Below are positions 1 through 12,100 of a stretch of DNA of 64,000 bases, one piece after another; position 1 is the first letter of the stretch; every line of letters begins with the position of its first letter. The stretch lies in assembly GCA_950097015.1 (NCBI GenBank), contig CATNEN010000034.1, forward strand, positions 6,572,001 to 6,636,000, written 5' to 3'. The stretch is from Macrostomum hystrix (taxonomy: Eukaryota; Animalia; Platyhelminthes). The translations under genes and the position numbers were made by a program. Under the pieces are notes generated by a model, which saw nothing but the letters and a program-made list of their open reading frames with translations, ran no database searches and was not told the DNA's origin.

Positions 1-104
1 CCAGTTACCTGTTGCCAACCTGTGAGGCACTACTATTAGTAGAAATAAAGTTTTTTCTCGATTTCTGCTCGCATTAGACTATTTCGAATGCAATTCCCTT
101 CCAG

Positions 105-3100
105 ACCCGAAACTGTCGATCAGAAGATGATCGACCAGGTGCAGGACATAATCAAGGTCAAGCTGTTCACGTTGTGGTTGAAAATACGTGAACTATACTA
201 CTACCTTGGCCAGGTGATTGAGATTTCAGAGGTCACTGAGCGATGGCAAGTTATCAGAGTCACAATTGACAAGGTTTGCGGCATTTTTCGCTGTTTCTTT
301 AATCAGATTACATTCTTTGTGAAGTGCAATCAGATTTCAATCAACTGCAATCAGATTTCAATCAACTGCAATCAGATTTCAATCAACTGCAATCAGATTC
401 CAATCAACTGCAATCAGATTTCAATCAACTGCAATCAGATTTCAATCAACTGCAATCAGATTTCAATCAACTGCAATCAGATTTCAATCAACTGCAATCA
501 GATTTCAATCAACTGCAATCAGATTTCAATCAACTGCAATCAGATTTCAATCAACTGCAATCAGATTTCAATCAACTGCAATCAGATTTCAATCAACTGC
601 AATCAGATTTCAATCAACTGCAATCAGATTCCAATCAACTGCAATCAGATTTCAATCAACTGCAATCAGATTCCAATCAACTGCAATCAGATTTCAATCA
701 ACTGCAATCAGATTCCAATCAACTGCAATCAGATTCCAATCAACTGCAATCAGATTCCAATCAACTGCAATCAGATTCTAATCAACTGCAATCAGATTCC
801 AATCAACTGCAATCAGATTTCATTTAGCCCATTACATGTAACCTGTGAAGTAGCCTTTCGTCAGACTCGCATCCCATTCTCCCAATCAGTTCTACGACCG
901 GCTGCTTCACTGGGAGGCTCGCTGGCAGGAGGCCCGCAGCCTGCCGTTCACCCTGGCCGAAGCTCAAGCGCTGCTCGATGAGCATCGTCGTGCCGCGGAG
1001 GAGATCGGCAGCTCGTGGGAGCAGCTGCTGGCGGACCTGGCCGCAATGGCCCTCGATCCACAAGTTGGCTCGCTGGCTGAGCAGGTGCGTGGCTGCTAAA
1101 AGTACTGAAATTTCTCAATTTGAATTGGTGCCCAAAGTCAGCAGTTAAGGTTTTGTTAATCTGCCTCTAGAAAATTGAATGCCTGAGGTTGTCGGCTTTC
1201 ATTGTTATTTATTTTGGATTGATTAAATTGTCATTTTTTCAAATTGAATTAATATGGATTAACCATGGAAGTTTGTACAGACCAAAGTTAAGTTGTACTT
1301 GTCACGATTGTCTTCAACAAGAATCGTTGAATATCTCGACGATGCTGACATCGGACGGCTTTGAAAGTTAGTTCATCGTAAACGGCGGACAATTTTGATT
1401 CAGATAGCGGACTTTCACGAAAATCGGTCATTCTGTTTGGGAGCAATCGCGAAATAGGCAGTGGGTTTTTGAAATACCCCCCTTTCACCAGGTGGAAAAT
1501 AGCGTGGTATTTCTACTGTTTAGATTCAACTTGGCCCTACTAACAGTAGGATCTAGGCAAATGATCATCCTTTTTTTATAAATTGACCCAAGGCTCGCTC
1601 GGATGCGCAGCGCCGCATGGAGGAATGGCAGCGGCGTTGGGACCGGCGCCAGGCCGAGCTGGACATGCGCCTCCGGCTGCTCTTGCGCCTGCGAGACCTG
1701 TCCAACGAAGTCGAGGACAACCGCAGTCGGCTGTCCGAGCTGAAGACTGAGCGCACGGTGACCAAGGTCGGGCCGGTGTCCGACACGGCTGCCGATGTCG
1801 CCACTCTGCAACGGGGCGTGGCGGTGAGAATGCAACTAGTTTTCTAACAGCTGCAACTGGATTTCTTACAGCTGCAACTGTTTTTGTCACAGCTGCAACT
1901 GTTTTTGTCACAGCTGCAACTGAATTTCTCACAGCTGCAACTAGATTTCTCACAGCTGCAACTGGATTTCTCACAGCTGCAACTAGATTTCTCACAGCTG
2001 CAACTGGATTTCTCACAGCTGCAACTGGATTTCTCACAGCTGCAACTAGATTTCTCACAGCTGCAACTGGATTTCTCACAGCTGCAACTGGATTTCTCAC
2101 AGCTCCAACTGGATTTCTCACAGCTGCAACTGGATTTCTCACAGCTGCAACTGGATTTCTCACAGCTGCAACTAGATTTCTCACAGCTGCAACTGGATTT
2201 CTCACAGCTGCAACTGGATTTCTCACAGCTGCAACTGGATTTCTCACAGCTGCAACTGGATTTCTCACAGCTGCAACTGGATTTCTCACAGCTGCAACTG
2301 GATTTCTCAGAGCTGCAACTAGATTTCTCACAGCTGCAACTGGATTTCTCACAGCTGCAACTGGATTTCTCACAGCTGCAACTAGATTTGTCACAGCTGC
2401 AACTAGATTTCTCACAGCTCCAACTAGATTTCTCACAGCTGAAACTAGATTTCTCACAGTTGCAACTAGATTTCTCACAGCTGCAACTGGATTTCTCACA
2501 GCTGCAACTGGATTTCTAACAGCTGCAACTGGATTTCTCACAGCTGCAACTAGATTTCTCACAGCTGCAACTAGATTTCTCACAGCTGCAACTAGATTTC
2601 TCACAGCCGCAACTGGATTTCTCACAGCTGCAACTAGATTTCTCACAGCTGCAACTAGATTTGTCATGATTGTACATCGCAGGACATGCGCAGCAAGATG
2701 CAGCAGCTGTTCGCTGAGACCCGAGAGAAAGTACATCGCGACTTTGATCGTCACATCGAACCCACCGAGGAGAAGTGGAGGGAGTTTGTGAAGGAGCTGG
2801 AACTGCTGCAGATGTTTCTGGATCTAATCCTGCGGGTAAGCTGAGCCGACAGGGAGGGAAATCCTTGTTGCTAAAATTAGCAACAACTGGGCTAGGGGAT
2901 TTCAACCAATAGACGCCATTCACTTATCACAAATAAAATGTGACGAGTAAAAAAATGTCAAAAGAAAATCTGAGAACTGGAGAACCTGCTAAGCATTAAC
3001 TTTAATGCATTCTGTGTCCTCAATCGCTTCACAGATGTTGCAGTACATCGAGAAACTGGACGCATTCATCGACGAGCTGACGATCCAGCTGCCACAGTGC

Positions 3101-6100
3101 CGATCCAGAGAGGAGGCCGAGCCCTGGCTGCAGAAGATTCGGGAATACAATCGAATCACTGACAGCTTCGACTGCGACTGGCTCAGCAATGCTGCGGTCA
3201 GACTGTACGGTGAGTGGCCTGATCGTGCCTACCACTCACCAACCGCATTTTCCCTACCCTCACCCACCCCATCATCGCCACCCCTCACCCACCCCATCAT
3301 CCCTACCCCTCACCCACCCCATCATCCCTAACCCTCACCCACCCCATCATCACCACCCTCACCCACCCCATTATCCCTACCCCTCACCCACCCCATCATC
3401 CCTATTGATCACCCACCCAATCATCACCACCCCTCACCCAGCCAATCATCACCACCCCTCAACCAGCCAATCATCACCACCCCTCACCCAGCCAATCATC
3501 ACCATCCCTCACCCACCCTATCATCACCACCCCTCACCCACCAAATCATCCCTACCCCTCTACAACCCCATCCTCCCTACCCCTATACCACCCTATCATC
3601 CCCACCCCTCATCCACCCTATCATCCCTACCATCACCCACCCCATTATTCCCCACCCCTCATCCACCCCATCAACCCCACCCCTCATCCACCCCATCATC
3701 CCTACCATCACTAGGCAACGCTGAGAAGCCTCGCCCAGTGATCGACCGCCTGCGCCTAATCTCGGCCCGGCTGCTGGCATTCGAGACAAGCATTGTGGAC
3801 CTGGAGAATGTCCGCCGAGTCAATCTGGTCCAGTCGGTTCCCCGCCGACTGATGCGCGAACTTCAAGATCTCAGCCTGCTCGAAGGCTCCCCCTGTCAGC
3901 TGGAGGTCGAGTACTCCAGCCCAGCCAAGTCGGCGGAAGTCGAGTGGCAGCGGAACGGCCGGCCCCTGCCAACGGATCGCCTGGGCGGCAAGTGGCATCT
4001 GGAAGAAGGTCCTGGCTTCACCCGTGTCGCCTGCGATCGACTGGCTGTTGACGATGCCGGCGAAATCTCCTGCCTGATCCGGGACGGCTCCGTTGCCATG
4101 GAGACAGCCTGCAGACTGCGCGTACTCAGTCGCCCAGTATTTATTCGACAGTTGGAATCGATTCGAGTTCGCGAGGGCGAGCCGATCCTGCTGCAGTGCC
4201 AGGTGCGCGGCGCGCCAAACCCTGACGCCAGCTGGCTGAAGGACAACCGACCGCTCCGTCCTGGTCTGGACTGCGACATTGTGGTGGACAATCTGGACGG
4301 TGTCTGCGCGGTGAAGATACCAGCCGCTGACGCCGCTTCTCATGCCGGAGTCTACAAGTGCCTAGCAACCAATGAGGCAGGCGAAGCAGTCACCGCGGCT
4401 GTTGTGGAAGTGCAGGGTGAGTCAAACGGGATTGGGGCTTATCCTTGGATGTGGATTACGAGTTTATTTTTTTACGGATAATCCCCAATTTTCAATAGGG
4501 ATTGGGAATTATTAAGATGGAATAGAGACTAAATCCTTCTATAGGGATTGTGGATTATTGTGAGGGAATCGAGACTAAATCCTTCGATAGGGATGGGGGA
4601 TTATTGTGAGGGAATCGAGACTAAATCCTTCAATAGGGATGGGGGATTATTGTGAGGGAATCGAGATTAGATCCTTCAATAGGGATTGAGGATTATTGTG
4701 AGGGAATCGAGACTAAATCCTTCAATAGGGATTGTGGATTATTGTGAGGGAATCGAGACTAAATCCTTCAATAGGGATGGGGGATTATTGTGAGGGAATC
4801 GAGGATAAATCCTTCAATAGGGATGGGGATTATTGTGAGGGAATCGAGGCTAAATCCTTCAATAGGGATTGAGGATTATTGTGAGGGAATCGAGGCTAAA
4901 TCCTTCAATAGGGATGGGGGATTATTGTGAGGGAATCGAGGCTAAATCCTTCAATAGGGATGGGGATTATTGTGAGGGAATCGAGGCTAAATCCTTCAAT
5001 AGGGATTGAGGATTATTGTGAGGGAATCGAGGCTAAATCCTTCAATAGGGATGGGGATTATTGTGAGGGAATCGAGGCTAAATCCTTCAATAGGGATTGA
5101 GGATTATTGTGAGGGAATCGAGGCTAAATCCTTCAATAGGGATTAGGGATAATTTGGAGGGAATCGATCCTACTTGTGTAGGAGGTATTTAAAGCAATGC
5201 TTGGCTAAAAATGTCTGGGAACTTCTCAATAAAGTGACATCGTCAGCTCAACCAAAGGCGAATTGATTTCTGCTCATTAGCTCAACTGTTAATTGGACTC
5301 AAATTAAAACTCAGGAGTTCAACATTGAAACAGTGAAGAATGAAACATTTAACTGCCTGCCATTTAACATTTAAAAAGCTGCTTAGTGAAAAGTAATCAA
5401 ATTGAGCCCGAGTGGCAGAGTGGTCTAACGCGTTTGCCTCTCGCACCAAAGTCCCCGAGCTCGATTCCGCGGCGAGGCCACATTAATTTGGGGCGCAGTC
5501 GCGGAGAGAAGGCTGTGGTGCTTGTCTTCTAATTAATGCACTAATATTATTATATTATTATTATTATGAGAAGGTCAGGGCAGATGTACACACCCTGTGC
5601 GAGAGTGTGTGCCTGCGTACAGTATCTGTGTGCGTGTGTGCTCAGCAGTCAGCGGAATGGGCAGAATTGCCTCCTCGCTGGCTGCGGGTCTAGTGTCACC
5701 AAATAATGTGCCATTGCCCGCAGCCCTCCTGCAATTATTATTATTATACACGGATCCTAGCCAATAGTTGAGAGCAGACCTAATGAATATTTAATCAGCA
5801 GCCACGTCTACCCATTGTGCAGAGCTCACAATAGGCCGATTCATCAGGCCACTGTCGGACCAGACCATGCAGGAGGGTCAGCGACTGCAGCTGCAGGTTG
5901 ACTTCGAAGGCGATCCGACTCCGGAGGTGACCTGGTTTCGCGACAGTCACCGACTGGCGGACAGCCCGCCGAGACTGCGACTGCACACTGGCCGGGGCAG
6001 CTCCACCTGTACCATCGATCCGCTCCGACAGGAAGACGAAGGCCTGTACTCGGTGCAGCTGAGAAACCCAGCCGGTGTACAGAAATCAGTCTGCAACGTG

Positions 6101-9100
6101 GCAGTCAGGTAAGGAACTAATAATAACCAAAGTACTAATTACTTCGGGCCATGGAACATCATTTGGTGGGACTCGCAGCCAGCGAGGAAATAGCGTGGTC
6201 TTTCCCCAAGGGGGGGGAAATAGCGTGGTCTTTCCCCAGGGGGGGGAATAGCGTGGTCTTTCCCCAGGGGGGGGGGAAATAGCGTGGTCTTTCCCCAGGG
6301 GAGGAAATAGCGTGGTCTTTCCCCAGGGGGGGGGGAATAGCGTGGTCTTTCCCCAGGGGGGGGAATAGCGTGGTCTTTCCCCAGGGGGGAGGAAATAGCG
6401 TGGTCTTTCCCCAGGGGGGGGAAATAGCGTGGTCTTTCCCCAGGGGAGGAAATAGCGTGGTCTTTCCCCAAGGGGGGAGGAAATAGCGTGGTCTTTCCCC
6501 AGGGGGGGGAAATAGCGTGGTCTTTCCCCAGGGGAGGAAATAGCGTGGTCTTTCCCCAAGGGGGGGATAGAGTGGTCTTTCCCATGGGGGGGAAATAGCG
6601 TGGTCTTTCCCCAGGGGGGGGGGAATAGCGTGGTCTTTCCCCAGGGGGGGGGGGGGAAATAGCGTGGTCTTTCCCCAGGGGGGGGGAATAGCGTGGTCTT
6701 TCCCCAGGGGAGGAAATAGCGTGGTCTTTCCCCAGGGGAGGAAATAGCGTGGTCTTTCCCCAGGGGGGGGAAATAGCGTGGTCTTTCCCCAGGGGGGAAA
6801 TAGCGTGGTCTTTCCCCAGGGGGGGGGAATAGCGTGGTCTTTCCCCAGGGGGGGGAATAGCGTGGTCTTTCCCCAGGGGAGGAAATAGCGTGGTCTTTCC
6901 CCAGGGGAGGAAATAGCGTGGTCTTTCCCCAGGGGAGGAAATAGCGTGGTCTTTCCCCAGGGGGGGGGAAATAGCGTGGTCTTTCCCCAGGGGGGAAATA
7001 GCGTGGTCTTTCCCCAGGGGGGGGGAATAGCGTGGTCTTTCCCCAGGGGGGGGGAATAGCGTGGTCTTTCCCCAGGGGAGGAAATAGCGTGGTCTTTCCC
7101 CAGGGGAGGAAATAGCGTGGTCTTTCCCCAGGGGGGGGAATAGCGTGGTCTTTCCCCAGGGGGGGATAGCGTGGTCTTTCCCCAGGGGGGGGGGAATAGC
7201 GTGGTCTTTCTTTCGTTAGTGCATTTTTTCGTAAAAATCTGCCTTTAATAAATTTTCCAAGAAACGAAGTGTGCCGTCCTTCTTCATCTAGTGGTCTTTC
7301 CCCAGGGGGGAAATAGCGTGGTCTTTCCCCAGGGGGGGGGGGGAATAGCGTGGTCTTTCCCCAGGGGAGGAAATAGCGTGGTCTTTCCCCAGGGGGGGAA
7401 TAGCGTGGTCTTTCTTTCGTTAGTGCATTTTTTCGTAAAAATCTGCCTTCAATAAATTTTCCAAGAAACGAAGTGTGCCGTCCTTCTTCTTCTAGTGGTC
7501 TTTGGTGTATTCAAAGAGTTCAGTTAATATATTTATGTACTCTCAAATCAACATTTATTTTCTGACTGCGATAGCTGGTACTCAGCAATGAAAAGTTCAA
7601 TAAACAGTCTCATAGATGATCCACCAATTAAGCCTCATTGTGAGCAACGGAAGTCACGTGATTGCAGTCATCTCAGACTTCCGGCCTAGCAGTGCTGAAG
7701 CTTCAACACTCGCCTAGTCAGTTGCCATGACAACGGCTGAGTCCTGCGTAATTTTATACCCGGCGCACTATTCCCATAAGATGGGATCAGTCACACACTG
7801 ACAGGAGATTGCCTTCATATCCCACTTGATTTATTATTTCTAGTCTAGTAGGACTTGCTGCATGCCATTGGATGACTTACACAGATGATAGTAATATAGC
7901 CAGACCCCAACCTGTCTGGGCAGGCCCAAGGGCGAGGCTCCCAGCTGCTGGAGCCAGCTAATGGACGCCAGCGTGCTGGAGGGCTCCAGCGCCAGGCTCA
8001 GCAGTCGTATATCCGGCCGGCCGACCCCCAGCGTCGTCTGGCGTTTCAACGGCCGACCGATGACGCCGCGGCCGGGTGTGCGAACTCGCAGCGACCCGAA
8101 CTCCGGCCTGCACACCCTGGAGATTGACGAAGTCAACCAGCAGGACGAGGGCGACTACAGCCTGATCGCTGAGAATGCCGAAGGCAGCGTGCAGACCAGC
8201 TGCAGCCTGACCGTCGAGAGTGAGCTGGAAGGACGGGACGGTTGAGCATGATGGATGAACTGTGGAAGACTTTCCCGATGGTTCATGGACTCTCCCAACG
8301 CTTTAAGGTCTCACCCGATGCTTCAGAAACTGTCCCGGTGCTTCAGGGACTCTTCCGATGCTTCAGAGACTCTTCCGATGCTTCAGAGACTCTTCCAATG
8401 CGTCAGAGACTTTTCCGATGCTTCAGAGACTCTTCCGATGCTTCAGGGGCTCTTCCGATGCTTCAGGGACTCTTCCGATGCTTCTCTTCCGATGCTTCAG
8501 GGGCTCTTCCGATGCTTCAGAGACTCTTCCGATGCTTCAGAGACTCTTCCGATGCTTCAGGGGCTCTTCCGACGCTTCAGAGACTCTTCCGATGCTTCAG
8601 AGACTCTTCCGATGCTTCAGAGACTCTTCCGATGCTTCAGGGGCTCTTCCGATGCTTCAGGGACTCTTCCGATGCTTCAGAGACTCTTCCGATGCTTCAG
8701 AGACTCTTCCGATGCTTCAGGGGCTCTTCCGATGCTTCAGGGGCTCTTCCGATGCTTCAGAGACTCTTCCGATGCTTCAGGGGCTCTTCCGATGCTTCAG
8801 GGGCTCTTCCGATGCTTCAGGGACTCTTCCGATGCTTCAGAGACTCTTCCGATGCTTCAGAGACTCTTCCGATGCTTCAGAGACTCTTCCGATGCTTCAG
8901 GGGCTCTTCCGATGCTTCAGGGGCTCTTCCGATGCTTCAGAGACTCTTCCGATGCTTCAGGGGCTCTTCCGATGCTTCAGAGACTCTTCCGATGCTTCAG
9001 GGACTCTTCCGATGCTTCAGGGGCTCTTCCGATGCTTCAGAGACTCTTCCGATGCTTCAGAGACTCTTCCGATGCTTCAGAGACTCTTCCGATGCTTCAG

Positions 9101-12100
9101 GGACTCTTCCGATGCTTCAGAGACTCTTCAGAGATGCTTCAGGGTCTCGCTCGCCCGATGCTTCAGGACTTCAGGGTCTCCCCCGATACTTCAGTGACTC
9201 CTCCGATGCTTCAGGGCTTCAGGGTCTCGCCCAATGCTTTAAGGACTCGCCTGATCCTTCAGGGTCTCGCCCAACGCTTTAAGGACTCGCCTGATCCTTC
9301 AGGGTCTCGCCCGATGCTTTAGGGACTCTCCCGATCCCTTAGGTAATCTCCCGATCCCTCGGGTAAACTCCCGATCCCTCGGGTAAACTCCCGATCCCTC
9401 AGGTAAACTTCTGATCCCTCAGGTAAACTCCCGATCCCTTAGGTAATCTCCCGATCCCTTAGGTAAACTCCCGATCCCTTGGGTAATCTCCCGATCCCTT
9501 GGGTATACTCCCGATCCCTTAGGTAATCTCCCGATCCCTTAGGTAATCTCCCGATCCCTTAGGTAATCTCCCGATCCCTTAGGTAATCTCCCGATCCCTT
9601 AGGTAAACTCCCGATCTCTTAGGTAAACTCCCGATCTCTTAGGTAATCTCCCGATCCCTTAGGTAAACTCCCGATCCCTTAGGTAATCTCCCGATCCCTT
9701 AGGTAATCTCCCGATACCTTAGGTAAACTCCCGATCCCTTAGGTAAACTCCCGATCCCTTAGGTAATCTCCCGATCTCTTAGGTAATCTCCCGATCTCTT
9801 AGGTAATCTCCCGATCCCTTAGGTAATCTCCCGATCCCTTAGGTAAACTCCCGATCCCTTAGGTAATCTCCAATGCTTCTGGAAATGTCCATATTGTCAC
9901 CATTCAGAGATTGAACAGTCCACTTGTCTCTGTCCCGAAGGTGTGAAGCCTGAGCCCAGCGCTCCCAGATTCGCTGGCGACATCTGCGAGGAGCTGGTGG
10001 CGAATGTCAGCGACAAGGTCACACTGCAGTGCACCGTACACGGTCATCCGCTGCCCACAGTCACCTGGCTCAAGGACGATAGAAGAATCTACACAGACGC
10101 CCACATTATAGTGAGTCAGCTTCACCGCGGTAATTGTGTGATCAATTTTGTGACTGACAAATTTTTCAACGCTCACGCAGGTTTCGGGGTTCGATGAGCT
10201 GCACAGCCTCGTCATTCCGTACGTGCGCCGTCAGGACGAGGGCGTCTACAAGATTCTAGCCACCAATTCGCTTGGCAGCGCCGAGTGCCGTTGTACTCTA
10301 CGCGTCAACGACGAGGAGCTGGCGGCCAAGCGAACCACCCTGGTGTTTCACAACACCCTCATCAAGGAGCCGCCCGAATTCATTCGCCTATTCCGCGACG
10401 AGGTGTGCAAAGTCGGCGACGATGTCATTCTAGAGTGCGAGATTCACGGCATACCGGAGCCTAATGTAAGCAGTCTTAGCTGGGGTTTGAACTCTCGACC
10501 TACACAACCTTCCACTGGGAGTTTGTTGCTTACCTAGTTTATCATTCTAGTGGTTGTTTGTAGCCTAGTGGATAGAGCATTGGACTCACTACTTGAAGGT
10601 TGGGGGTTCGATTCCCAACTCTACTGGAACAATTTGTGTCCTTTAGCAAGACGCTCAACTCTGCATTGCTTCAGTTCACCCAGCTGTTAAATGAGTACCA
10701 GCATCAGCTGGGGTAATTGTGGGTGGGTGTGGCGTCCCCCCAGTCCATGGACTGAACAGCTGTACGCAGTCTTCAGATGCGCCGCGCAATAGCTGCGGCC
10801 ATGCTGTTGGCTGCACATCTGGCCCAACTGTAATCAGTTATTACGAAGTAATCAGAAACGCAAAATGTACTGATTCAGGCAAGTACTTTTAATGCACGAA
10901 TGTTCGTGACGTCTTGCACGTGCTTCATTCAGGTGATTCTTGTCGAAGTTTTTCAGCCTCTACTGAGGCTTATTTGACTTTTTGCGTTGTCTAACAGTCA
11001 CTAATTTGGGTTTAACGGGTGCAGAAGGAAGTCTTGCCTTGATCGCCTCATATCTGATGGTTCTTCCTGTCCTACTGACAGTAGCAAGCGTGTAAAATCC
11101 GCTTGATCTCTCCACCGTACAGGTCTGGTGGAGTTTCAATGCCGAGCCAATAGGCGATCACGACAAGCGCTTTCGCAAGCTGTCTAGCGGTCACGTGCAC
11201 AGCCTGTTCATCAAGCGGGTCAGCGACGCCGAGACTGGACGATACAGCGTCACGGCTGAGAACAGCTCGGGCGTGGCCACCTGCTCGGCACTACTCGTGG
11301 TTGAAGAGCCTGGACGGACCGGGTGAGTTTGAAATCAAACCGAAAAGTGGTTTTTGTACTACTCAATTCTCAACATATCTGCCTAGCCATTTTCGATAAT
11401 CAAACGGCAGAATTAAAGATAGATAAATGGTCAATTAACTATTATTTCGTTGTCGTTGTTGATATTTAATTAAAGTATAAATTACCGTTGCAACTAAATA
11501 TAAAAAATTCGCATGCTTTATAAATCGGAATCATTTCATTCAATAAAAACTAAAAGTCGACTCCGTAGTAAAAGTATAATTGATTATTGCTAATTTATTA
11601 CTAATAAATGCATGCGTGGATGCAAAGAGAAATTTATATCAAACTAACAATGCACTTATATACATTATAAATTTATTTTTGCGATAATGTAATTTATGTT
11701 ATGTATAACACTTATAGGAAAACAATTTTTAATGATCCATAAATGTGCATGCATGAAAAGAGTTTATTTCAGTTTATTAGCATCTTTTGAATAAAAAGTA
11801 CATTGGTTTGGTTTAGTATATAAGACTAGCTTAATCGCCCCCCAGATCTCTGCCAAAGAAATCTGTTAAAATCGCCCCGGATGCGCCCACTGTGGTGTTG
11901 TTCGATTCAACAGACTTTTGTCCCTTGCGGCCATGGAGACCGTAAAATCCGGCGAACTCTGTGCCCCCTGCAGTGCATATGCACCGAATGCAAAAAAGCG
12001 CACAGATAGGAAATTTCTTTCTTTCAATAACAACTCTAAATTGCGTATATTTATTTCTAAGCATGCAATACCCTTTCAGCATTGAATTTACATTATGGTG

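Noticed and set aside
4520-5150. CRISPR-like periodicity in 28-45-bp arrays
   Set aside because: The units are contiguous with no unique spacers, there are no cas genes, and the context is eukaryotic introns.
5405-5480. Functional tRNA gene (also 10555-10625 and 19645-19715)
   Set aside because: Acceptor and anticodon stems do not pair properly, and the heads continue into shared SINE bodies.
6185-7410. G-run length variation as an encoded signal
   Set aside because: It is indistinguishable from homopolymer slippage or long-read error.
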